From Amoebophrya sp. A120 (taxonomy: Eukaryota; Protista; Dinoflagellata), in NCBI GenBank assembly GCA_905178155.1, contig CAJINV010000002.1, positions 4,831,709-4,895,708 on the forward strand: a DNA stretch of 64,000 nt. Direction: 5' to 3'. The notes below the pieces were generated by a model. The model was not told where the DNA came from. It worked only from the letters and a program-made list of their open reading frames with translations, and did not search any database. This document shows, piece by piece, positions 1-12,000 of the stretch. The position numbers and the translations under genes are program-made. Every line of letters starts with the position of its first letter. Position 1 is the first letter of the stretch.

Positions 1-3000
1 TTCTTTCCACCCGGTAGGAGCTGGTCCACCGCACAGGCCCCTTCCATGATCTTCTTCATGAATTCTTCCTCTGTGTACTCAACGAAAGGACCACCCGCAT
101 CTTGTTCCAGCGGACCATCTTGCGCAGTCCCGCTCGCAGTCGTGCCTTTCTGACTGCTCCGGGAGCTGCACGTAGCCTTCGCCTTCGCGGCTCCACCTCT
201 ACAAGAACTTGATCTCTTCTTCCGCGCGCTACAAGAAGCAGAACTAGTACTGCCACGACCTGCTCTTTGTAACACCGCTGGTAAATCTCCTTCGCTGCGG
301 TGAATCTGTTTTTCCCACTCTTTGTCCTTCCGCTGCATCTCCACAGACTTGCCCTCGTTCGTGGGGGGCAGTTGCTTTTTCACAAACTCCGTCTTCATCC
401 GGTCAGCTTCGGCTGCAGCGCACTGAGCCATCGCCGCCAGGCCCTCCAGTGTGTCTTCTTCGCTCGAAGATGAAGAAGAACTGCCACTTTCGTCTTCGTC
501 CTCCGAGGATGAACAGGAGTCAACCGAACGAAAAACAGAATGCTTGTCACCAAATTTCGCAGCATCGTGAGAAGGAGAACCACCACAAGATATTGAATTC
601 TCCTTCTCCTTAGACCCACTGACTATCTTCGACACGGCGGACGATAACACCTCCCTGGACGCGACATTTAAGCCCTCTGTAATCCCGTTCGCCAGCTCAA
701 TCTCCGCGTCTGCTTGATCCACGTCCATGCTCGTATCCTGGTCTTGCAGTCCTGCCACTGGTGTAAGTGCGGTGCTAGTTCTTGTGCCACGACGGCCACA
801 CAAAGTTTGAAAGTTTTCTGTGCTTATGATCGTTGTATCGACTCCACCTGGAAGAACAGAAGTTGTGTTGAGCGGCATGGTCGGGGAAATCTGAACCATT
901 CCGAATGACCCAGGTTTTTGATTTTGCTCCGCGTCGCTTGGACTACATTTTTGTCCTGTCGAAGATGCTGGCACAAGAACATCCGCAGAGGCAGACGCAG
1001 AAGAACAGTCCCTGTCTCTTACATTATCTGCATCAGCATCGACGATAGTACTGCTCCCTCCCGCTAATGTTCCTTTCAAGCGCGCTGGCGGGGACGGCGG
1101 CGCATAGTCGGGCGGAGGGGGTACTACATCAAGGGTGCTTTTTTCTCTCGACGCTGGTTCAGCAGGAGGAGTAGGCTCACCTCCGAGACAGTCCAAATCC
1201 GCGGGTTTCAGGTCTTCCTTCCCTTTGATCACAATCTTGCAAGATGAGTCGGAAGTAGGAATAACGGGAACAACCTGCTGCTCCTTTTCCTTATCATCAC
1301 ACGGCTTTGATGTCGCAGTATTGCTCATCTCAACGTCATGACCTTGATCGACGTCTTGCACCTCTTCATCCCCAGTCGTAGCACAATATTTTTCTGCCGC
1401 ACTCAGCATCGCTGTAATGTGTTCCTTTTCTTCCTCGGTCATTTTATCCTTGCTAAGAACGAAGTTGCTAGCCGCGAGAAAGTCGAAATTTCGGACCATA
1501 AACTGCCGCTGGGCGTAGGACAGGTATTCCACCCGCTTCTTCGCGCTGAGAAGAAACCACCTCGTCTCTTCATCCTTGTTTTCCCACGTTTTGTCGTCGA
1601 AAAGAAGCCCCCCAACTTCGCCAGGAGCCCGGCACCACATCTCGAGCAGCTGCGCTCGCGGGTCCTCGCCGGACGAGCAAGAACCGCCATTTTCATATGG
1701 ATTGCAAAAATGTCTGGGTCTGGAAACATGTCATGCGAAAAGTGAATAGGAGACGCACTGCAATTGCAATACGCAGCTATGCATGACAAATTTTTTGGCT
1801 CCCATGTTCTACGTATTCCGCATGCCATGGCAAACTGCGTTGTTGCATGACAGGTAAGCGGGCCTCTTCGTGCCTATGCAACACAGATTCTCGAATCATG
1901 CCAGACAAGCATGACAAACTTGCAGTCTTCCAGACCCAGACATTTTTGGATTTGATATTTCAACCGCACCGACAATCCTGTCCATCCGCTTTTTGTCCTC
2001 CTCAGATAGCGCGTCTTTTCCCATGGTGACCTCGAGCAGACCCAGTTCGAGTACCTGCTGTCTTTGCGGACCGGAAAGCTGCGCGATGCGGTGTTCAATA
2101 CCGAGAAGAAACTCCATTGAAGCTGCATCCTTGATGTCCGTGCCGCATTCTATGCGAACGCCCGCCGGCGGAGTAGTACTACTAGCAGAATTGGTACTAC
2201 CTGTACTTCGCGGGTCCTCGCCGGACGAGCAAGAACCGCCATTTTCAACCGCATTTTGCATCCTATCCATCTGCCGTCTGTCCTCCTCGGACAGCGCGGC
2301 GCGGAACTGACGACCCAGCTCGGCCACCTGCTGTCTTTGCGGACCGGAAAGCTGCGCCATGCTTTGACGACCCAGCTCGGCTGCGTGGCTAATTAGCGCT
2401 TCTTGCTTGATCTGTACCCCACCGGCTACCTCGTCTGGAAACAAAGCTCCCTCTTGAGCTTGGATTCTCTTCAGCAATCGCATTTGTTCACACGCGGCGA
2501 AGCTCGAGTCTGTAAATCCTTTCTCACCTCCCGTGGAAGTTGTAATCTTCCCGCCAGATTTTTGCAGAGTTTTTTCCTGATGATCCTGCAGTTCTGCAGC
2601 GGTTACTGCTGCGATTCTATCGATGTGCTCCTCAAAGGCTTCGTCATCCAAGGTCTGTACTTTTTCCTTAAACTTCGCTTGCTGCTCCGGTTTCAGCTGC
2701 AAAAAATGCCGAGCGGCGTTTTCCAGGCCGAGCTGCTGCAACAAATCCCGTTTTTTCGGGGACAGTTTCGGCATCGCGTCCTGCATGAAGGAGAAAAAAT
2801 CGCGTGCTTGTGAGCTCACTTTTCTCTCCGCTTGCTGCTGCACCACCTGATACCCGACGCCGAGACCGGTCTCCAAGGCTGTTCTTCTTGTTTGCAAAAG
2901 CTCCGCCTGCTCCGCCGTCTTCTGTTCCGAGATTTGTTGATGATGTTCCACCTGCATTTCATCTCCTGTGGAGGGACGACGAGCTGCACCATCATCTTCC

Positions 3001-6000
3001 TCGGGCATCATGCTGGGCGGTGAGAGGTTCAGCTGGGAGTCGATGCCGGAAGTGACGCCGAACCGTCGCAGTTCCCGCTCGAAGTCGAACGCGCCCCACG
3101 TCTGCTCGTTGTGCCGCTGGAGTGCGTGCATCACGTCCATACGACTGCAAGATTCGCTGAGTGGGAAGGAAAAAGGCATGAAGTAGTCCGGGAAGAGATT
3201 CGAGTTCGTTGCCGGGAAATCGGAAAGCACTCTGGTCTGCAACTCGTACTTCAGCTGCAGTTTCTTCGCGTCTGGAGTTCGTTCCTGGATCAAAATCAGC
3301 AGATCTACCTCAGGAACAAGTAGCTCTTCTTTCGACTTCTTGTCGGATGGGGAGAAGAAAAAATCGTCTCCTTGTTCAACATCAGCACCAGAGCCACTAC
3401 CACTAGCTCTCGTCCCGAGTTCCAACGTGAGCGCTTGCCAGGAATGCTTGATTTTTTCGTCTTTCAGCTTTTTCAGAAGTTTTCTTTCCTGCCTCCTCTT
3501 GCTGGCCTGATTGCCCGCCTGGTCAGAAGGGCCTGCTGGGGATGTTGCGGCAGCAGCAGCTTCGTCCTGTTCCCTTTCGCGTATTTTCCAGTCGATCTCG
3601 ATCAGAAGCTGCAGTAAATTCATGTCACCACGAACTACTTTATTTCTATCGGAAGGAGCAGTCGAAATGGGAGCACCAGTTGCAGTTGCGGCTCGACTCT
3701 GTTGCAGCTCATCTCCAGCACCAACATTTTTCATATCCTCTCCTGCAGCTGGTTCGAGAACCTCGGCAGAGGAACCCTTTGAAAACGCGTGTCCGTACCC
3801 GCCATCGAGGAGATTACTGACGCGTTTTTTTGTCTCTTCCGCTGTAAGGGTCGTAGAAGTACTGGTTGCTGGCAGCTGCGTCGAGGAGGTGCCAGTAAGT
3901 GTACTAGCTCCTGTTGACGCGGGGCCAGCAGCAGCTGCACCACTTTGCTCTGCCGCCGACGAAGCAGGTGCAACACCACTAGTTGAAATGGCAGGAGCAC
4001 CTCCATTTTGACCACCCGCCGAGAAGTCGTCTTCGAGGTGTTCCACCGTGAAGTCGAAATGCTCCTTCGTGTCGACAAAAAGTTCCGGGTCTGTCACCTA
4101 TGCATTGCAACAGTATACCGCACTAGTTCTACCAGTAGAGACTGACAAACTCCATCTTCATGCTTGGAAGAATCTTATCTTCCAAGCATGAAAATGTAGT
4201 TTGTCGTGATAAAAATGTCATGCCATGTCGCAATTAGTACGGGCACGATATTACTTTTTTTGCAGTGCATATTGCCATGCGCGTGACGATGAGCTCCTCC
4301 CTGATCTGGTTTAAGGTGGTCCTGGGCGGGAAGGTCATCTCTACCCAGTACATGCCGTTGAATTTTTCCATGGAGGTGTCAGCTTCATTGACCACAGTCT
4401 TAAAATTTCCGATCGTCGCGGGACGAACTTCGGTGGATTTTTGCTTGGCAGCGGCCAGCTGCTGCGCAATCGGGTGCTGGTCCATCTTGTTTTTATCGAC
4501 ATGATCACTTCCCTCGTCCACTACTTGCGACACGTAGATCCGTTCGTCCAGCAGAAACCGGTCCTGCAGACAGAACCAGACCTTCACTTCATACTCGTCC
4601 TGCTCCTTCGCAAAATCCTCCATCTGCGCCCACTGCTCGTTGGTCAGTGTGGCTTGGCGGCCGTCCACTTCTACTTCACCGGTACCACGGAGTTGTAGGG
4701 CCGCGTCCACGTCGCCGTTGGTTTTTCTCAAAAAGTCCGCGGCATAGAAGGAGCTGCCTTCTTTTTCATGTGCAGCCACAGACGAGGTTCTTCTACTTCC
4801 GGCGCCAGAAGCTGCAGGGCCATCTGCAGCCTGATCATCCACTTGCATCTTCGTGGTCTCGTCGGCGTCCTCCCTCATTTCTACTTCGGCCGAAGGAGAA
4901 GCCTCGGAGGGCTGCGGGTCTCGTTCGGAACTTGTGGCCGGACTTTGGGACATCCAGGCCTCTTCTACGGCTGCCGCGGTTGGGACAGCTACTACACTTT
5001 GTTCTGGTCGTTTTGGGAAAATTCTTCGAGCTGCGTCGACTGATTTCATTTTTCCCTGCTCCCGGCGCTGCTTCTCGCGGAGCCGCGCAGCGGATTTCTG
5101 GCTTCTTGCATCAGCAGCAGAAGTACCTTCTGTAATATATTCTCGTTCCAGGTCCGGTTTCTCTACCTCCGGTTGGAATGCGGAGTAGTGTTCCAACCGC
5201 CCTACCGCCTGGCCGTACTTCCGGGATTCGGCGATCGCTTGGAGAATGGCCTCCCGCATTCTTCGCCGTTCCAGGTACTGTAACTTCTCTTCGGCAGACA
5301 GTTGGGTAAACTCCTCCTTGGTAAGAACCCCGCCGACCCCCGCCTCCGGACTATCTTTTTGCGCAAACCACATCTCCTGCGCGTCCAAGGCGTCGGCTTC
5401 CCCGTACAAGGGGACCGAGGTCTGGTTCAGTTTTCTCTTCCGGAATTTCTGGTTTCGCCTGCTGTCGTTGTACTGCTTTATGTTTTGCGGAATTTTCCAA
5501 TCTTTTTGCCATTGGTCGAACTTCAGGGCGTAGTCGAATGGCTGCTTGTGCATGCGAATTACTTTTTCCCCGTAGGTCGCGCCCGCATTGATCCGGGAAC
5601 TGTCGTACGCCAGGTTCTCAGAAGGAGGCACCTGCAGCCAATCCTTCACCGTCTTCTGTTTCGCAACTTGCGTGAAGCTTTTTGGTGTAGTTGTAGCTGT
5701 AGTTCCACTACTATCACTGGAAACAAGCTTCTTTTCATCCAACATACCGGCCGCTTTCCAGTCGCTTTCGGCGATGACGGACGCGTTGTGGTGTAAATCC
5801 TGTTCGTTCTGGTAGTGCAACGGGTAAAACGGGTGCATCTCCTCCTTGTCGCCCATCCACATCACCCAATCCGACCGCAGCAAGTTCGGCTGGAAGGGCA
5901 GGCCCTGCATCAAACTCTGGTGCACGCGGTGCAGGTGCAAGCTCCACATGCTGTGTTCCGGCGGCGCCCCCGGAACCGCACCCGACACTGGGGTCGTCCC

Positions 6001-9000
6001 GACGTATTACAATGAAAAATGCCCCCACCCCCGAACTTGGGAGCATTTGTATTGCAAACCTTTCCAAATGAAACGCTCGCCCTCTTGCATCTATCAGCAT
6101 CACAGGTTATTTCCAAGCGTGAATAGCAAAAATTTGCATTGCAAAAGACTCCAGCAAGAGTGGCGCTCGTCATGCAAGCGATGCGATACCGCCTAGAATC
6201 TGCATCAGAAAGATTCACACGACTCCTTTCATGCATGGCAAAAAGTTTTCATTTGGAAACTTCGCATCACAAATTTTTGCAACTTTGGGGGTGGGGGCAT
6301 TTTTCACTGCAATACGACGCGCTTCTGTTTCTGGTAGTCCTTCGCGTGGGTCGCCGCTTCCAAAACCACGTCGATCTGCGGGCGTGCCCAAACGACGACC
6401 TGCCCGCTTTCGCTGTCCTGGAACTGCTGCCCGTGCTTCTTTTTGTCGTCCGTGGGTTTTCCCACGTCGGTTTTCTTCAAATCTTTCAACTCCGGCCCCA
6501 GCGACTCCAGGAGAAACGTGGGGAGCAGGTCTGGCGTGATCACGTCCCCGGGCTCGGAGCGGACCCGGGCGGAGAGGTACTTCTGCGCTTTCAGAATCCG
6601 CTCGTCGAGTCGCTCGATGGCGGAGAACACGGATTGCATATACGGCTGCTTCAGCGAGCTGTCCAGCATCTCTGCGTACTTTTTGAAGGAAAAAAACGCG
6701 GCAAACTTGTCGGAAAAAAAATCCACACTTGGGCCTGCAGATTGGTCATCTGCGGGAGTTTGGCCTTGTTGCCCGGCTGTAGTACTACCACTTCCGGGGT
6801 GGACCCCTGCTGCGGTCCTGGTGGCTCGTAGCTCTTTTATGGACGCCTGTAGTCCACCTTTCAGATTGTTTACTATTCCCTGTGGTCCTTTACTCGCGGC
6901 TTGTTGGCCGGGTTTGTTCTGTCCTTTCGCTAGTTTCTGCAGCATTTCAGCCGCGCCTTTGGGAAGACCACCTTCCATGCCTTGCGAGTTCTTCCTCTTT
7001 TCCTTACCGGAAGCCGCTCCGATACCAGTGGGGTTGCAGACGCTCCCCTTCTTCTGCAGAGCGGCACCCAGAGTCGTGCTAGGTCCGGCGAGGTCGCCCG
7101 GCTGCATCTTGCACAGCTCCAGTTCCCACGAGTTGAAGTGGTGTAGAGAATCCTGCAGACGCAGCAGCCACGGCGGCTTGTGCTTCACGAGATCCGCAGT
7201 GGCGGGTTGGTGCTCCTTCTTCTTTCCGTTTTCGGTAACAAGGTCCCGTAAGTAGGTATTCTCGTCGAGGCCGCCGAACGAGAACCAGGCCCAAGGGGCC
7301 AGCGCCAGCCACTGGTGCTCCCCGTCGGGGGAGAGGCCGGAGGTCTTTTCGAGCAAATTCTGCTCCGCAATGCGCTTCACTTGCTCGGCGGCAGAGTCGA
7401 CGACAGCAGTGCCGGCGGATTTTGCTGCACTCTTTGCCAGCATCTCAGAAGTACTACTAGATTTCTTCTGATAATCGGCCAGCGCGGCCTGAATTTTCTG
7501 CGCATCGCCGGGTTGCAGACCCCCGTCTGGAATGAAGTCCTCTATTTGTTCCAAGAAGGGTTTACTAGTACTACTACCCTCCTTCGGTTTGGTATTTTTG
7601 CCTTCGACTGGTGCGGAGGAAGTAGTTGTTGCGCCCTCTTTTTCCGCCGGTAGCAAGCTTTGACTCGGTGTGACACCAGTCAGTTCATTGTCATCTTTCG
7701 CGAAATTTGAAGCATCTGAACCGGCGTCCAACACAGGATCTCTCCGCGGGTCCGGGTAGTGGGAAAACAGTTTCAATTTCTCCGGAAATCGTTCGCCTGC
7801 GACTAACGCGGGCAGGAATTCGTACTCCAGAAAGCGGCGGTACAGAATCTTCTTGTCCGCCGACTTTGAATCGTCCGGCAGGACCGTCGTGCGGATCCTA
7901 TTACAATGAAAAATACCCCCACGCCAAAAATTGCAAAAGTTTCTCATGCAAAGTTTCCAAATGAAAGCTTTTTATCTATGCATGAAAGGACTACGAGTCT
8001 TGCTGGTGCAGAACCTAGACTGCGCAAGGTATCTTTTGCATGACAGACCCGGCTGCTGTTAGGCTCCTTTGCAACACAAATTTGAGCTATTCAGCGTGCA
8101 AAATTCGTGATGCTGATATATGCAAGACGGGGAATGCTTCCATTGCAAAGGTTTGCAATACAAATGCTGCCAAGTTCTGGGGTGGGGGCGTTTTTCATTG
8201 TAATAGATCCACCTCGTGTTTTCCGCATCTAGACCGAGCGCGCTGGCCGCAGCCCGGTCGTTTCGCGCCTGTATAACCCGCTCAGCTGTTACAATCTCAA
8301 ACGTTACAATAGAATATGGAAATCTGTGATGCAAGAGTGCATGATCTAGCCAACTCTCATAGGATTGCGCATGACAAGTTCCGGAGCCCCAAACACCACT
8401 AAAATTAATCTGCCGAAATTTGTATTGCAAAAGGTGGAACGCTGTGCGACTCTGTCATGCTCATCATGCAACACAAATTCCAGATTCTATGGTAACCGAT
8501 TTGAGATTGTAACACCTGAGCAGGTTATAGCCTGCATCTCGCTGTTTTGATTTCGCGCGTCGCCCGATCTACCCGCAGATCCGGACTGCTGAGACGAAAA
8601 TCGGGACTGCGCAGACAAGTCGTATGGGGAGTTGTGGTCCGCACTGCAGATCGCATTTTTATCCATTGCAAAAGTACCGCACTAGTACAAATTGTAAGTA
8701 TGGCAAATTCCTCCAGTGCCAACAATAGCCGCCTCAGCGGGGGTAGTGAGGTCGTGGCAGTTTTTTTGTCTTCACACCAAAAAAAACGCGGCCTCTCTGG
8801 CCACCATGCCATCGTGAGTAACGTTATGCACGACGGCACGGCGGTCGCTAAAAATCTCGATCCAGAGCTGGCCATCATTTGGCTTCGAATCGAAAAACCT
8901 TCCCCGCATGCTATGGCCCCGACCGGGCCCCCGCCAGGGTCGGCCCCTCGGAAGCCCCAAACCGGGCCCATAGCATGCGGATTGGCTTTTTGCTTTCGGC

Positions 9001-12000
9001 GGACTTTCCTTTGTTCTGTTTTTTTTGCCAAAATGCCGCATCTTCTGGCCTTAAGTCCGCCTCTGAAATGGCGGATTTTGGTGCCGTCTTTTGCGGGGCC
9101 CGAATGTGGGTCAAAATGAGGCCCGTACCATGCGGACTCGCTATTTTTTTCGACCTGCTGCTTTTTGGGCGCCCCTTTTTGGGCGCCCCAAACCGCCAGA
9201 AACTAAGGCGGTGGGCGCCTCAGAAGGGCGCCCATTTTCCCGGCTCCCCTGCGTCGTTTTATCAAGCGGGAATCGATAGAATTGGCTCGGGCTTGTTTGA
9301 CAACAAAGCCGCGGCCGCTTGATAAGTGGAAATTTTATATGTGCAAAAACACTTCCGGCCGCTTGAAAACTGCCGGTCGTTTTGGATGAGACCTGGCAAA
9401 AAAACAGCCAGGATAGAGCGTTCGTGACCTCACTACATACTAAACAAAACTGCTATTTAGCAAAACACATCATCTGTCACGCATGACGACTGAGACTTTT
9501 ACTACGTACGATTACACTATTTTTTCACCGGATAAGCATTCGCGCGCTGCAGCTGCTGTGAGTCCACCACATCACCCGACGCGCCGTCCTCGAGCTGCAA
9601 ACTATAAGTACCGCTTGCGCTTTTCAACTGGTACGACGTTCTGGGCACAGAAGGGCTGCACATCAAAGAGGTTGACCGACATCCGGTGGAACTCGATAGT
9701 GGCATCACCGTCTGGCCGAAGTCCAGCCGACCGGAAAACACGCTGCCCCCGAAGGGCCCGGGGGGCGCGCCGGCCCGCGGGGCGGGCTTCGTCTTCCAGG
9801 AACTGTCCAGAATCTTCTTGTGGTGCTCCTCCAGCAGACGAGCGGCCGCCTCCTTGTCGATCGCATGGGCATGCTTCAGCTCTTCGTCGCGACAGTATGG
9901 ACGAGCGGAAAAAAAAACTGGTCGGACGCTTTATTTCTGCTGGTAAGCTACGTGTCCAAAGAGTGTGGTTTGAGAATTTGCATAGTGTACCGCATGTAAT
10001 TTGAAGAATTCTGGAAAGGACAATTCCTCACCTGCTTCAAAACACGAATAATATGTACGCATGAAGCTGGTACTTGGTCCTGCAAGAAGCGACAATTGAC
10101 ACAAGAGTGCAGGGAAATAAATGCCAGGAATTTCTATTTACTTATCTATATGCAAATTATACCGGAGGACTTCATCCATGTTTACACCAAACAACCTCTG
10201 CCCAGGAGAAGAATGACACGAGTCCGGGCCGTTTTTCCTCATAATAAAAAGAGCCCTCCCTTCAAACTCGTGAGCTCAAAGTCCTCTTCTCCGATAGTCC
10301 CGCTTTTCAGTGCAGCGGCACCGTGCTTCGCCAAATTGGCTTGGAACGCGTTCATGTTATGGTGCTTCCCGATCACTTTCCCTCCCTTCTGCTCGACGTA
10401 CTCTTCAATCGCCTTGTGACTATCCCGCAGCCGCTTTCCTTGTGTTGCCGCAGCCGTGCTCTTCTGGTAGTCTCTGCCACTGTTCACGCCTTTGCGTATG
10501 CTGCGTAAAAACTTGTTCGCCACACTAGAGCCAACCTGGAACGAGAAACTCTGCCACATAACAATTTTGCGAACCATGCATGATAAATTATCTTGGCGGG
10601 TGTCTACAGCATAGTAGTGATTGATGTAGCACGACTCGCATCACGACATCTTCTTGATCTTGCTCAGAGGACTACAAAGTCGCAAAAAAAGACCTACTGC
10701 GCGACAGAATCTGTGCAGCAGTGCAGTGGCACCTCCATGCAGAGTTGCATACAAACCACGCTGGAGTGGGTACTTACTTGGTAAAAGTTTTTGCACGGTC
10801 GATACGAAAAAATGCGCGTTGCGCGTCTTCTGCGGTGGCCCCACCTGCTTGCGTCAGCGAGTCTTCATCCTTGGCAAAATCTTCGGTCTTCGAGTACCGT
10901 TTCAACATTTCGGTAAGTTCTTCTTCCTCTGTTTTCGAAGGATCCGAGGGGAAATCCAACTTCGCCTCGTACTTCGGCGGGTACAGCGGCACCCAGTTGC
11001 CCTCCTTGGGCTTCCTGCCTTTTTCCAAGTTCGCCTTGTGATTTGGGATGTCCAACAGCATTCTCGCAGTTGGAAAGGGAATCAGGGTGGAGCTCTTCGT
11101 CAGGAACTGCTTTCGTCCAGTGTTGAGCATGTCGCGGAACTTCTCCTGCTCGTCTGTCGTGGCGTAGTTGGAACCCTTGCTCCGGTCCTTGGGCGGAAGA
11201 ATCTGGGTTTTGTTGCGCAGAACCTTCAATGCGAGAAAGAGCTGCCGCACTTGCGCGGGGCGGTATCCGAGTAGAGAAAAACACTGTTATTATGTGGAAC
11301 TTTTTTGTTTGCAGGAAAACATCAGTCATATGTTTTTTTTATGTTAGAAAACAATGATCAGTAGACGCGTCGATCGACTTTCATGCGACGTGTTTAACAT
11401 CTCATGTACACGTGCGGCACCAATAGTACTCGCACATTTCTTTTTTATAAATTTTCGGTTCGATGCTTTTTTTTGTCTCGAAAAATGCACAACAAAATTC
11501 TGCTGATCTTCTTCACGCATTGTGGTAAGTACGTTCCGTCCAAAAAAATGTTCCACTAAAATCAAATATCCTAAACCCTAAGACACTCAAAACCCTATCG
11601 ACGCTGGTGTCGGACAGGGACGGAAACAGGACGTAGATTCGGAGGGAAGAAGATGTGGTGGAGGGGCGGTGGACTGCCAGATCAGAGATAGCGCGCAAAA
11701 CGCATGGTCTGAACCTAAAAATACTATGAGAAGATATACAACCCGAAAAGGATAAGACGACACCGAAAGGTGTCGCGCCCCAATCCCAAAAAAATACTGC
11801 TTGGTGCCAGTAGGGCCCGGGGAAAAACAAAGAGCAAGCAAGAGGAAGGTAAGGTAAAATTAAAAATGTTCCACTAAAAAACAGATTCAGTTTCTTCGTC
11901 GGATAACTGCACCGCGGCAAGGACGCTCGACCACCAGAAATTTGCCGACGAGTCATCGGTGGCTGAGCCAGCGTAGGCCGGAGCGGTTTTCGAGCCTCCT

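Noticed and set aside
1896-1957. Recurrent peptides such as KMSGSGR, KNVWVWK, FQTQT and GGGIF at ORF ends, resembling a shared protein domain
   Set aside because: They are translations of introner TIRs, not protein.
11569-11581. CCTAAACCCTAA telomere-like word (also near 26884)
   Set aside because: Fewer than two full units, likely chance.
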